From Mustelus asterias (taxonomy: Eukaryota), in contig NC_135802.1 of assembly GCF_964213995.1 (NCBI RefSeq), positions 130,324,001-130,388,000 of the forward strand: 64,000 nucleotides of DNA, in the 5' to 3' direction. This document shows positions 48,480 through 61,079 of the stretch, piece after piece. Under the pieces are notes generated by a model. It had not been told where the DNA came from and made no database searches. It saw only the letters and a program-made list of their open reading frames with translations. Made by a program: the position numbers and the translations under genes. Every line of letters starts with the position of its first letter. Position 1 is the first letter of the stretch.

Positions 48480-48850
48480 AAGGGTGGTTAGCACTGCTAC
48501 CTCACAGCACAATGGACCCAGGTTTGATTCCCGCCTTGGGTGACTGACTGTGTGGAGTTTGCACATTCTTCCCATGTCTGCATGGGTTTCCTCTGGGTGC
48601 CCTGCTTTCCTCCCACACACCAAAGGTGTGCATGGTATGTATGTTGGCCATGTTAAATTGCTCCTTTGGGTCCCACAGTTTCTAGTTTCCTCCCACAATC
48701 CAAAGATGTGTAGGTAAGGGAGACTAGTGGGGTAAATATCTGGGGTTTTGGGATAGGGTGGGGGGTGATAAGATGCTCTGTCAGAGAGTTGGTGCAGACT
48801 CGATGGGACAAATAGCCTCCTTCTGCACGGTAGGGATTCTATGATTCTAA
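48480..48850 (+). mobile_element. HE1-like SINE with small internal duplication
   Basis: HE1 core; TTCCTCCCACA..CCAAAG segment occurs twice. Confidence 0.85.
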
Positions 48851-49013
48851 GTACCTTCACTTGCGTGAAATCACACTCATGTCTTCTCAACCTTAGGAGT
48901 GACTGGGGTCACTGCAGGAAAAACAGTTGACTGAGAATTTCCAGGAGTGTACTGCTATGTGTTCCTGTTGCCTTCTGGTTCCTGGATGTCAGAAATAAAC
49001 ACAATTTAATTTT

Positions 49014-49722
49014 GGGTGTGATCTTACCCTCTCAGCATGTCGGTGGATGGGTGGAAAACGCTGGTAAGATTGTGCGAGTGGTGGAAAATCGGGTTTGTGC
49101 CCGAATTTCTCACCTGTTGCAATCTTACCAGGACCGGATATCTGGCGTGATCAGCCTTGCGCGAACGGCCTCGCCGGTGAAGGTCCTCAGTGGGGACTTG
49201 GCGTGATGGCCTCAACGGTAGGACCAGAGGCCATTGAGGCCCCCGGTAGGTCAGGGGTACTGGGGGGGGGGGGGGCAATGCCCCTTGGGCAGTGCCAGCT
49301 TGGCACCTAGCAGTGCCAAGGGAATGGGGCCTGATTGGGCGGGGCCTAAGGGGACAGGGCAGGGCCATGATGAGGAGCAGGAGAAGTAGAGGAGTAATGC
49401 GCAACTCTGCACAACGAAACAGCTGGAGTGAGGGAGAACTGTGCTCTCTACAACGGTGATCGGCTGGGCCGCTTGTGTGGGGTTCGGGTGGCAATTGATC
49501 TGAACAGAGAGAGATATGCACATGTGCAGATTGCACCCTCTACTGTGAGCAGCCAGCTTTCAGGTGAGCTTAGGCTATGCCACCTCCCCCTGCTGATGGG
49601 AAATAAATTGTGCAAATGCACAACATGGTGTAAGATTGCATTTTTAAACTCATCCAAAACATGGAACTCTCCTGTTTTCATGCTCGTTCGGCACTTAGAA
49701 TTGTTTTGGTAAGATCGCCCCC
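49014..49722. mobile_element. Harbinger-like MITE
   Basis: TIRs GGGTGTGATCTTACC / GGTAAGATCGCCCCC (13/15 inverted match). Confidence 0.7.
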
Positions 49723-49889
49723 CCCACCTCCCCCCCCAACTTTTAACCTTAACTTGCCATGTTTGTACATTAAAAGGACTGATTTGAACTGATTCTGTTA
49801 CACTGCATTTGAGTCTCTAGCAAAGCCAGGAAATGTGGCCCTAGCTCTTTACAGATAAGGCAAAAATATATCTATATATATATATATAT

Positions 49890-50260
49890 GTTATTCATTC
49901 AGGGGACGTGGGAATTGCTGGCTGGGCCAGCATTTATTGCCCATCCCTTATTGTCCCAATTGCCCTTGAACCGAGTGGTTTGCTAGGCCATTTCTGAGGA
50001 TAATTAAGAGTCAACCATATTGCTGTGGGTCTGGGTCACATGTAGGCCAGACCAGGTAAGGACAGCAGATTTCCTTCCCTAACGGGCATTAATGAACCAG
50101 ATGGGTTTTTACAATAATCGTTTCATAGTCGTCAAAGTTCCAGATTTTTACTGAATTCAAATTTCACCATCTGCCATGCTGAGATTTAAACCCGGGTCTC
50201 CAGAGCTTTACACTGGGTCTCTCTGGATTACGAGTCTAGTGACCACTATGCCACCACCTC
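49890..50260 (-). mobile_element. second tRNA-derived SINE family (copy also at 61400-61780)
   Basis: Minus head GGTGGCATAGTGG..GGGTTTAAATC; tail GGGATGGGCAATAAATGCTGGCC; two homologous copies. Confidence 0.75.
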
Positions 50261-50329
50261 TCCACATTCTTCACACAACCTAATGCATCTTCGTATATCC
50301 TAATACAGGATTAGGGTTAGGGAACCTGC

Positions 50330-51800
50330 ACATTCTAAGAAGAGATCACCAGGTAGCTGCAGAGAGTTCAGGAGGAGATTAAGTGGCTGACCATCCAGCA
50401 GAGGAGGAGAGGCAGGCAGTGCAGGAATCTCCCAGGAGTCAAAGCCATTGCCATGTGGCAGAGTGCAGTCTAAAGCACAGCTATGGCACCATGAGACAAA
50501 TGACTGCATGGGGTTCGCACAGCAAAGTGTATAGATGAAGTAGCTATCAAGGATTGGATAGTCAGAGGAATAGACCGGCATTTCTGTAATCGTTAATATG
50601 AGTCTTGCATGGTGTGCTGCCTTCCTAGTACTAGGGAAGAGGACATCACTGGACAGATGCAGAACTATTTGCTGGGAAGGGGAACATTCAGAAATTGTGG
50701 GTCTTGTTGGAACCAATGACATAGGTTGAAAAAGGGTTGAGGACTTAGAAATAGAGGGCAGAATTTGATTCTTGTGGTGGGAGGTCTGTCTACTGGCTAG
50801 AAAAATGGTGGCAGCCCTGCCATGATCGTCTCTGAGAGGCCTAATGGGAGTAAGTCCCAATTGGGTTCCTACCTACCTGCCTGCCATCAGACTTCCCACT
50901 TCCTGTGAGGGGAATCGTGGGGTTGGAGGATGTCCTGCCTCAGAGAGCTGCCAGCCAATCAGAGGCCAGCAACTCTCCAGTACGGGCAGCACCACTCTGA
51001 GCAGTGGCCACTGCTGGTATTGCATCACAGCCCAGGCAGATGATCAATGATGGACTCATAGGATGGAGGTATGTGGGATAGGTTCACTGGGGCTAGACAG
51101 GGAGGGAAGTTAATGGTGGAGGGAAATGGTGGAGGGAAGTTAATTTAAAAGGCAGAGGGGTGTATTACCCGTGGACCCACTGTTCACGCCAGTGGGTGTC
51201 TTCATCGGGTGCAGAGAGCATGGAAAGAAGGGACCCTCGCTCCATCAGGTTCTTGGTCTACCCTGGTGATAGGCCCATGTGGTGTTAAAGTGATTTACTG
51301 ACCCCCAGTTAGGAAAGTTATCCTCTATCTTTCACACTCTGGACCAAATCAGAGGGAGGTGGGAAGGTGGCAGAACTTCCAGCCCCCTCCTTGTCACTTA
51401 ATCACACAACCATCTTTCCCCCGACCTCTGAATCTGCCTCCAGGGTGAGAACATAGAACAGTAGAGCACAGAACAGGCCCTTCGGCCCACGATGTTGTGC
51501 CGAGCAACATCGAGAGAGGGGTGATAAATTCTGCCTAGAATTTCAGAAGCTAGGCAGAAAGTTAAAGAACAGGACCTCAAAGATGGCAATGTTCAGCTTA
51601 CTTCCAGTGTCACGTGCTAGTGACTATAGGAATAATAAGGTAATGTAGGTTGACAGATGGTTGGAGGAATGGTCTAGGATGGCGGGCTTCAGATGTCTGG
51701 GAAATTGGCATTAGTTCTACAGCAGGATGTCACTTTATAAGTTTAATGGGGGCAATATCTTTGCAAGGAGGTTAATTAGTACTGTGGGTACAGTAATTTG
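50330..51800 (+). mobile_element. old CR1 ORF1 (esterase) relic, interrupted by a TIR element at ~50756-51536
   Basis: IVRGIDRHFC, MVCCLP, VGTNDIG motifs; insert ends GGGCAGAATTT / AAATTCTGCC with TAG on both sides. Confidence 0.65.
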
Positions 51801-52221
51801 ACAATGCGAGGAATATCAAGATGAAGTGTTCGTGAGGGGGGTACAATGTATACAGAGGACAGGGTGAGACAAACAACATTAGAAGAGTTATTCAGAAATA
51901 GGAGGGATCAGATTGGGGTTACAGGAATATATGACAGAACTTTCACTGCCGAAAAGGGGCATTTAGATGGAGGTCAAATCCCCAAAACTGGGCGGAAACT
52001 GATCATCTCCAATTCCGGTTACACCAGGTCATGTTTCAAGGCAAAGCAGAAATCCCTGTGAAACTGTTCAGATCAGTGAGTTAAATATTTAAATAATTAG
52101 TTGTGTCCGAAATCACAGTAGACCTAAGATTTATCAATCTGTATTTGGGAGGTCTAACTTGTTTGGATGGGAAATAATTAGACTGGAAATTGATTTATAT
52201 ATGAATGATATTCATCATTGC

Positions 52222-52537
52222 CAGCACAGTGGTTAGCACCGGTGCCTCACAGCACCAGGGACCTGGGTTCAATTCCGGCCTCGGGTCACTATCTGTGTGG
52301 AGTTTGCACATTCTCCCTGTGTTTGTATGGGTTTCCTCCGGGTGCTCCGGTTTCCTCCCACAGTCCAAAGATGTGTGGGTTAGGTTGATTGGCCATGCTA
52401 AATTGACCCTAGTGTCTGGGGATCAGCAGGGTAAATATGTGGGGTTACGGGAATAGGGCCTGGGTAGGATTGTGGTCGGTGCAGACTCGATGAGCCGAAT
52501 GGTCTCCTTCTGCACTGTAGGGATTCAATGATTCTAT
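52222..52537 (+). mobile_element. HE1-like SINE
   Basis: HE1 head, core and tail. Confidence 0.9.
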
Positions 52538-53249
52538 ATTTAAGCAGTCAAAAGAAACTGTGGAGGATATCCTTTCCTCCAACGGGGTTGGTTTTACTGT
52601 AAAGAATTGGACTGGGAAGAGAGAGTGAACTTGACTATAACTCAAACTGGTGAATCCGTGAGATTGAGGAGGGAGTTTTCCCAGGACCTTGGAGACAGAT
52701 TAGGAGGCAGCAGGCCGAGAAACTTTGAAAAATTGCATTGGGCTGGTGTGTCGATGTGTTCCTGCCTCTGGCCACTTTTCCCAGGAGCGGACTGGGACCA
52801 ACGCCAGCAACCCATGCATCAGCAGTGGGAAGTCAATTAAGGTTGTTGAGGTCGCAATTATGAGCAATTTCCCCACCACCAGGCAATTCTGCCGGCATCA
52901 CACAGACCACCTGCTGTGCCAGCACCATGGCAACACAGAATAGGCAGCTACACAGCGGGAAGATGGAATCGCCTGAGATTGCAAGGGGTTTTAGTGTTTA
53001 CCAGCAGAAAGTGGCGAGGCTGAAGTATGAGGTTTGCCATTGAGTGAGGTTTACTCAGAGGATGATGTAACTGTCAGTGCCAGGGCTGTGGCAGCCTGAC
53101 GATGATGGCATCACCATTTCACCCGGTGACTTGATCCTCTGGAGCCCCCACACTGGTGACACTGCCTGCTGACTATGCAGTACACTGCGCTATTTCCAGC
53201 TCCTACCTCCTGGCGCTGGAGCATGGCGATTTCTTGCGCACTCTCCTCA

Positions 53250-53473
53250 GCATACCCTCTAATTCTATCTTTTACTCTTGTTCTAAGCTCTTAAAACTGT
53301 ACTCTAACTTTTTTAAACTCTCTAACAATGACATTATATTCTGCATCCTCTCCTTTCCTTTTCCCCTATGTACTCCTTTGAACAATATGTTCTGTCTGTA
53401 TAGCGCGCAAGAAACAATACTCACCACTATATCCCAATACATGTGACAATAATTAATCAAATCAAAATCAAAA
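53250..53473 (+). mobile_element. Rex1/Babar 3' UTR
   Basis: Matches 36818-37045; ATCAA tail. Confidence 0.75.
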
Positions 53474-54069
53474 CCATCCTCTAATTGACTGCTGCTTCCT
53501 CGAGTGGAACTGGGACCTGGAAAAGCAGCCCGACATCGAGTGACCTGCACCACAACATTCAGCCCAACGTGTTAGCATTTGGTTTGGTTAAACAAGCCAT
53601 TTGTAGAGCAGGAGTAAGATAACATGGCAGCTCAGTTAAAAGGACATACACTCCAGAACTTTCTATTCCTCTTCAGAGTTTCCATCAACCGAAACTTGAA
53701 TTGGACCCAACTTGACCTGGAGTAACACAAAAAAACAGACTGGGAGAGGATTGACACAAACACTCGCAGCAGCTCATGTGGACAGCGACTGAATGGAAAC
53801 CTTATTGCAGGAAATTGTGACCACTTTGCAAGGAAATCCAAAAAATATACATAACGTGTTTTTATTAAAAGTAAGATCTATGGATGTGAAGTTATTGCCA
53901 CGTTGGTGGAAATTCATGGGAGTGAAAGAAAGGTAGTTTCAGACACTTTGGAACACATTTCTCAAGTTACAAAGTGCAGAAGTGATCCTAAAAGTACAGT
54001 CTCTGAAGATTTCCCTGGAATGGCGTATTTACCTTTGCCAGTCCGGGATTTGTTTTTAAACGGAGCACG

Positions 54070-54192
54070 AAAGCAAAATACTGCAGATGCTGGAAATCTG
54101 AGATGAAAATGTTAAGTTCTGGAGTCACTCAGCAGGTCACGCAGCGTCTGTGGAAAGAATGTTTCAGGTCAATAACCTGTCTTCAGAACTGA
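54070..54192 (-). mobile_element. Penelope-like fragment
   Basis: CAAAATACTGCAGATGCTGGAAATCTGA..CTCAGCAGGTC..CTTCAGAACTG. Confidence 0.55.
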
Positions 54193-54254
54193 AAGGGTTT
54201 GGAGATAAATGGCTTTCAAACAAATACAAAGTCAGGAAAAAGTGGATTGGGAGG

Positions 54255-54835
54255 GACAGGGGTGTTGAGGGGGGAGGGGTGTTGAGGAGGGAGGGGTGTT
54301 GAGCAGGGAGGTGTCTTGAGGAGTGTTGAGGGGGGTGTTGGGGGAGTGATGTTGAGGGAAAGGTTGTTGGGGGGAGGGTGTTGAGGAGGGAGGGGCATTG
54401 AGGAGGGAGGGGTATTGATGGGGGTGTTGGGGGGAGAGGTGTTGAGGGGAAGATTGTTGAGGGAGGGGTGTGCAGGCGGAAGGGTGTTTAGGGGAGGGGT
54501 ATTGGGCGGAGGAGTGTTGAGGAGGGAGGGGTGTTGAGGGGAAAGTTGTTGGGGGAGGAGTCTGCAGGTGGATGGGTGTTTGGGAGAGGGGTATTGGGCG
54601 GAGGAGTGTTGAGGAGGGAGGGGTGTTGAGGGGAAAGTTGTTGGGGGAGGAGTGTGCAGGTGGATGGGTGTTTGGGCGCAGGGATGTTGAAGTGGGAGGG
54701 GTGTTGAAGCGGGAGGGTGTTGGAGGGAGAGGTGTTGAAGCAGGAGGAGTATTGAGGGGAAGGGGTGCTGAGGGAGGTAGGGGTGTTGAGGTGGAGGGGT
54801 GTTGGGGGAGGGGTGCTGGGGGAGGGGTGTTGAGG
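54255..54835. repeat. degenerate G-rich tandem repeat (GGGGTGTTGAGG-like) with an internal duplication
   Basis: Repeated GGTGTTGAGG motifs; ~54495-54590 repeated at ~54586-54675. Confidence 0.85.
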
Positions 54836-55739
54836 TTTTAATGACTGTCTCGAATTTTGTGGAATATGACCATTTTTTGAGTGAATTCACTGTGCTAAGT
54901 CCAACTGGACTACAATGCCAGGCCTGGGGTTTTAATATGGTACCCATGAGTTCAGGAGGTACTACACTGAAGAGTCAAGAATTGAATTATATTGATGACT
55001 AGAAAGCCACATCCCTCAACCTGAAAACCTCGAAAGTTCCCTAAAAATGACAAGCTTGTGCTTCTCCCCCCTCCTTGGAGTTGTTACAAGTTAAAATCTG
55101 AAGAAATACTACACCTGCTGTGTGAAAATCTTCAATAGATTAATAGAGAATACATGCTATGGTCTGGATGTGGTCTTGTGGACAGCGGGAGAGATGGAAC
55201 TTGGGCCCAAAGTAGGGCACACTTGTGGGAAATGCCAAGCCAACAGGCATAAATCGAGATCTAACGTATCGACAGCGAAAGAGAGAAAAGGTAGTATGGC
55301 TAGGCAATGCTTCTATTTCACCATTTTCCTATCAGCTGAGAAGTCGAGTAAATGGTCACAGAAAAAGAAACAACAGAAATAATGATCCAGGAAGTGCATT
55401 AGGATAACAAAAGAATGCAAGGAAATAGAAGGAAGAAAGAGATTCAACAATGGCACTCAGCAATGAATATTGACACTGAAGGGACCGAATTCCTGGAGCT
55501 CGGCTTCACTGTTTGAAGTGTGGGCGGTTCAGGTGGGGCTCATTTCCTGAGCCCATCCTAAATTCTGAGGGTGGGGTCAATCCTTAATCATCAGAATCGA
55601 TGATCTGCACTGGCAGATACAGCCATCTTGAAAGACCAGTAATCGGTCAAAATGGCAAAAGTGGACAATCTCTGTGGGATTGGTTACCTTTGTCTCCTGA
55701 CAATTTGAGGCCTCTTCTGGACTCTCAATAGAATATTGA

Positions 55740-55845
55740 AGCAGATTATCATTTTCAGGGCTGGCTGTGGAAGTTGGCCGTGCACAAATTGCCTGCCACA
55801 TTTCCTACATTACAACGGTCACAACACTTCAAAACTACTTCATTG
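55740..55845 (+). mobile_element. Deu-domain SINE 3' part (tail resumes at ~57545)
   Basis: GCACAAATTGCCTGCCACATTTCCTACATTACAAC..ACTTCATTGG; CTATAAATGCACGTCTTTCTT after the insertion. Confidence 0.7.
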
Positions 55846-57544
55846 GACTAGATTTTCATGGTCCAAATGTAGAACGGAGATGGCAGTCAAGAAAAGATAA
55901 GACCTTAAGACATAGGGACAGAATTAGGCCACTCGGCCCATCGAGTCTGCTCCACCATTCAATCATGGCTAATATTTTTCTCATCCCCATTGTCCTGCCA
56001 TAGATGGCAGTGATGTTGTGCATACTCTGGTCAATTGGAATTTTAATGGTGGGATTAGTTGGCAGGATGGGAGGGGGGTGGTTGACGGGGAAATGAAGAC
56101 CTGTGAATTGGCTCATACTCCTTTTAAGGCTAGTCAAAATCATTAAGGGCTTTCTAAAAGCCTGTCTTTCTGAATTGTTTTGAATTTCCCGGAGGTGGCC
56201 AGTGCTTAGGAGCTGCCTGCCTCGGAGCACCTGCAGGCTGGGGTGAGTCAGAAAGGCTAGAAATGTTTCTGATAATAAGTCTAAATGCTGATCATATGTG
56301 AAAGAACTTACCACCTTGAAGTTTAAAATTGAAGTAGGTCAAGGAAGAATCAACATTAAGATCTTTGCCAATTCAGAGGGTTGTCACTGTCTTGGCATCA
56401 CGCGGGCATTGGAGCAGTGGGCAAGGCTGTCTGAGCTCCGCCTGATGACCAGGAAGGTTCTGGCTGCACTGTCAGAAATTGCTGCCACTGGGAATGAGGG
56501 TTAACAGCCTGCACAGGAAAGGCAGAGTCACAGTCAACACAGGCCAGAGGAGAGGGATGAGGGACATGAAGAAGGAATCATTGCCAAGCGTACAGGATAA
56601 CAGAAAATGCAGGAGAAGCAGTGCTAAATCAGACTGGAAATCTCTAAGTCACAGTCAGTGCAAACCTTGCATTACTCTTGACTCTGCCATGCCAGTGGCA
56701 GTCAAGGTAATGTAGCCTTGACTTTTCACTGCTGCATCCTTCTATGGGGCAGCTGCAGATCTCTGTGCCATCTCACAGGCGCCTGCACAACAATGCATCA
56801 CCCACGTGACAGATATCCTCTGCGCCAAGGCTGGACAACACATCTGATTCACAACTGATGGGGCATCACAGGCTCAGAGGGCACTGGATGTGATGCCTGG
56901 ACCAGCCAGGTAATGCCCTCCAATACCCTCCTGCAAAGGTTCAGTTATTGTGGTGGTCCGCTGCACTCACTGTATCACGACCATCCAGAGAGGCGTGGAC
57001 CTTGAGGTCATGAGACCCTGAAAAGAAGCAGTTCATCAGGGAAGCGCAGGAGTAGGAGGTAAGAGAGGAGGAGATATTGGAGGTGGAGGGAGATGAGGGT
57101 GAGCAGGGAGATGACCTTCTCTTGTCACCCTCCAGAAAGAGGACCCCCCTCTTCTCCCTTAGTCTGCAACATTAGATCCAGATCGGCATCAAAGATATGA
57201 AGGTTGCCCACCCGGGTACCAATCCTCTGGCTCCACTGTGACATTTCGCTTTCCTCTGGTGCTGCGGAAGATTTTGACACAGTTGGATCTCTATCTCTCA
57301 GGACAACCAGGAGCCTCGGTAAAGGCTGCCATATGGGGAGTTAAAATCAGTCGCACAATTCACCTGACCCACCTCCATTCCCACTTCCACCAGCTTTAAT
57401 TGGGCAGAAAACTCATCTCCATGTCAACTGAACTCTCAGCCCCCTGAAAACCTGAGCTTCAGTCATTTTTCTGCTGGCAATGGCTTTCTGATCCTGAAGC
57501 AGAGGTTGGTTCCTGCTTCCTGTGCCAGTGGCGAAAATCCAGCC
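55845..57544 (+). mobile_element. PIF/Harbinger element with HARBI1-like transposase relic (~56400-57010), catalytic core deleted
   Basis: TIRs GGACTAGATTTTC / GAAAATCCAGCC; AMPVAVKV..ASFYGAAADLCAISQ..CITHVTDIL..HI*F, then CLDQPGNALQYPP..IVVV. Confidence 0.78.
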
Positions 57545-57689
57545 ATCTATAAATGCACGTCTTTCTTGTATCCAGTTACGGGTGCCGCTTTTGAATCTAA
57601 CCACAACTAACCTGCCTGTTCTTTGCACTTTCCCTTCTCCTACTCTCTCTACCTCTCACTCCAATGTCCTTGGATTTGTTCCCAAATTC

Positions 57690-58266
57690 CATAGAGGTTT
57701 ACAGCATGGAAACAGGCCCTTTGGCCCAACTTGTCCATGCTGTCCAGTTTTTACCATTAAGCTAGTCCCAATTTTCTATGTTTCTATCATGGGACTAAAT
57801 AGGATGCAGGGTTATAGGTAGGCCTAGAAGGTAGGGATATGTTTGGCACAACTTGTGGGGCCGAAGGGCCTGTTTGTGCTGTAGTTTTTCTATGTTTCTA
57901 ATTGCTCGCGTTTGGCCCATATCCCTCTATCCCCATCTTACCCATGTAATTATCTAAATGCTTTTTAAAAGTCAAAATTGTACCCGCCTCTACTACTGCC
58001 TCTGGCAGCTCGTTCCAGACACTCACCACCCTCTGTGTGAAAGATTTGTTCCTCTGGACAGTTTTGTATCTCTGCCCTCTCACCTTAAACCTATGCCCTC
58101 TAGTTTTAGACTCCCCTACCTTTGGGAAAAGATGTTGACTATCTACCTTATCTATGTCCCTCATTATTTTATAGACCTCTATAAGATCACCCCTAAGCCT
58201 CCTACACTCCAGGGAAAAAAGTCCCAGTCTATGCAGCCTCTCCTTATAACTCTCACCATCAAGTCC
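57690..58266 (-). mobile_element. CR1 3' end, interrupted by an opposite-strand CR1 tail (57774-57899)
   Basis: SYKERLHRLGLFSLECRRLRGDLIEVYKIM..TRGHRFKV; AATT duplicated around the insert. Confidence 0.9.
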
Positions 58267-58910
58267 CATGTGTTTCTGGCTCTACCACAGAATTGGAACA
58301 GCTCTTATCAAAGTTACAAATGTCATATTTTGTGTCTGTGCCAGTGGTGAACTGTTCCTCCTTGTCCTTTTCGACCCATCTGTAAACCTTGACACAGTTG
58401 ATCACACTATCCTCCTCCAACACCTCTCCACTGTTGTGCTGCTGGGTGTGAGTTACTTCTTTGGTTCCATTCGTATCTATCTAAACATAGACGGAATATC
58501 GCTCACTAATGTTTCACTTCCTGTGCCTGTACTGTTAGGAACATAGAACATAGCAACATAGAAATAAGGTGCAGAAGTAGGCAAATTCAGCCCTTCGAGC
58601 CTGCTCTGCCATTCAATCTTTCCCTGGACTCAAATCCACCTCCCCACTTGTTCCCCATATCCTCTTATCCCTTTTTTTACTAGAAATATATCCATCTCCT
58701 TCTTGAAAGCATTCAACGATTCAGACTCCACAGCCCTGTGAAGGGGGCGAGTTCCACAAATTTACCACGATCTGCGAGAAGCAGTCCCCCCCCCCCCCCC
58801 CCCCCACCCCCATCTCCACTGGTGTCTCCCAAGGTTCCCTCCTATTCCTTATCTACATGCTGCTCGCTCACCATAATGTCAGTTTGAACACTAATGCTGA
58901 CAACACCCTT
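58267..58910 (+). mobile_element. L2 LINE RT fragment, interrupted by a CR1 tail (58548-58790, minus)
   Basis: GTALIKVTN..LLVLFDPS..DTVDHTILLQHL; GVSQGS..LFLIYML..ADNT. Confidence 0.8.
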
Positions 58911-59554
58911 CTCTTCATTTTTTTCCCTCCGTTTTGGCCAGAAGATTATGAGGAAGACTTCCTGCTCTCCAACTCCACAGGATTTCTAATGGGAATGTAA
59001 ACAGTCGTCTGGAGTTCTTGCTGCCTTCAATTTTTTAATGACTGCAGCCAAAGAATTCAAACTCTGGTGACAAAGTGGTAGTTTGATTTGGAATGTTTAA
59101 CCTAACCACTTCCAGACCACATTGCTCTTGGAAAAAAAATCTGTTACTAAACTGTAACTTTTTTTTAAATGAACATTACTCTAGTCATGTAGATATGCTG
59201 GATGTTACAGAGAGCAAATATTCACACAATTTCACAGGGAATTAATTCTGTTAGGATGAGGCAGTTTAGCCATTTTTTTCCATAGTAAAGGCCGTAAAGT
59301 TCCAACAGAGAAAATGGAAACACAGACAAACCAATTAATAAGCTGTTGCTGGTAACTTTATAACATACCTTAAAGTAAAGATTTGCACAACATTGACAAT
59401 TTATCACAATAACAATGAGATATTCAGACCGTACGACCAATCAAATTAAAGCCAAGAAATTATTATTGATGTAAAGAATTACATTGATGGTATTTTGGAG
59501 AAATGTGGTTGTGGAAATTAGCTTATGTTTCTTGTTTGATCCATACTTCGACCC

Positions 59555-59910
59555 ACTGGCACAGTGGTTGGCACTACTGTCTCACAGAGTCAGGCTCCCA
59601 GGTTCGATACCAGCCTTGGGTGACTGTGTGGAGTTTGCATGTTCTCCTCATGTCTGAGTTGGTTTCCTCCGGGTGCTCCAGTTTCCTCCCACAGCCCAAA
59701 GATGTGCAGGTTAGGTAGATTGTCCATGCTAAATTGCCCCATTGCATTGTGTGCAAAGGTGTGTAGGTTAGGGAGATTGGCCATGGTAAGTGCACAGGAT
59801 TATGGGGAAAGGACGATTGGGGGGGATGGATCTGGGTAAGATACTTTTTCAGAGAGTCAGTGCAAAGCCGATGGGCTGAATGGCCTCCTTTGCACTGTAG
59901 GGATTCCATG
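59555..59910 (+). mobile_element. HE1-like SINE
   Basis: HE1 head and core. Confidence 0.85.
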
Positions 59911-60007
59911 GTTCAACTCATTTTGCCAACAATGCCTTGAGTACTAAGGCATGACATAAAGTTCTCCCCAAGGTTTCCCAAATCATCAAACATTGATCAA
60001 ATTATAG

Positions 60008-60292
60008 GCGCGCAGTGGTTAGTACTCCTGCCTCACAGCGCCTGGGACTCGGGTTCGATTCCCAGCTTGGGTCACTATCTTTGTGGAGTTTGTACATTCT
60101 CCCCATATTTCCTCTGGGTGCTCCGGTTTCTTCGCATAGTCCGAAAGCCATGCTAGTTTGGTGCATTGGCCATGCTAAATTCTCCCTCAAGGTACCCGAA
60201 CAGGCGCCCGAGTGTGGCGAATAGGGGATTTTCACAGTAACTTCATTGCAGTGTTAATGTAAGCCTACTTGTGACACTAATAATAAATAAAC
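60008..60292 (+). mobile_element. HE1-like SINE, alternative tail
   Basis: HE1 head plus GTAAGCCTACTTGTGACAC tail. Confidence 0.85.
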
Positions 60293-61079
60293 AACAATCC
60301 TACTCTGAGATGTAAAGTCCAGTGTTCAAAGTAATTTTTTTACTTTCATTTTTAGTTTTATGGTTGAGGAGATGTTTGACGTTTGTTTGTAATGGGACAC
60401 CCAGGGTTTAAAATGTATTCAGTGGCTGTTCAAGGATCAAAATGGTGTTCATTGCTCACACAAACTTCTGTCATGTTTTCCATGCTAATGAGGCAGTTAC
60501 TGCACTCCCAGCTAACCACCGCCCAGTATTACTCCAAGTAGGCCGATTGTAACATCAATCAGAGGGAAGTTATGATTTGACACCAGTGGTACCATTTTGG
60601 AAATCACCACCCCAGCTAATGCCCCCACTTCAATGCCCCCTCTTAACCTTGCACTGCTGAGCATTCATTAAGCAGCTGGAAGGATCACCCACTTCTGTTA
60701 CTTTAAGGGATCATCAGCTACTTCCAAGTTTGTTTCCGGTTGATCTTTAATGGTTTATTTTATGCTTTCACAAGTGTTTGGTGCTTTCCACAGTTCTTTT
60801 AAACTGCAAAAGTCTGCAGGGGTGGGGTAACAGATGCTGAGGGGCTTTGCCCTGACTTCAAGTCTTCAGCACCAAACACTTGCCCCTCTACATGAGTGCA
60901 TAATAGACATTGCCCTTGGAATGTAACAGGACTTGAAGAATGAACATTAAGACCATGCTATCAAAATTCAGAACACAATCTCAGCAATGTTAGATGGGAT
61001 CTCACATTTGGATAGTACTTGCTGAACAATCCCAAGTGTGCTAAGAATTACAACCATTTTATTCTTGAGTCTTTGAGGA

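Noticed and set aside
50300-50860. 186-aa minus-strand ORF
   Set aside because: Antisense to a decayed CR1 ORF1 and crosses a MITE junction
54216-54947. 243-aa Pro-rich ORF
   Set aside because: Translation of a G-rich degenerate tandem repeat
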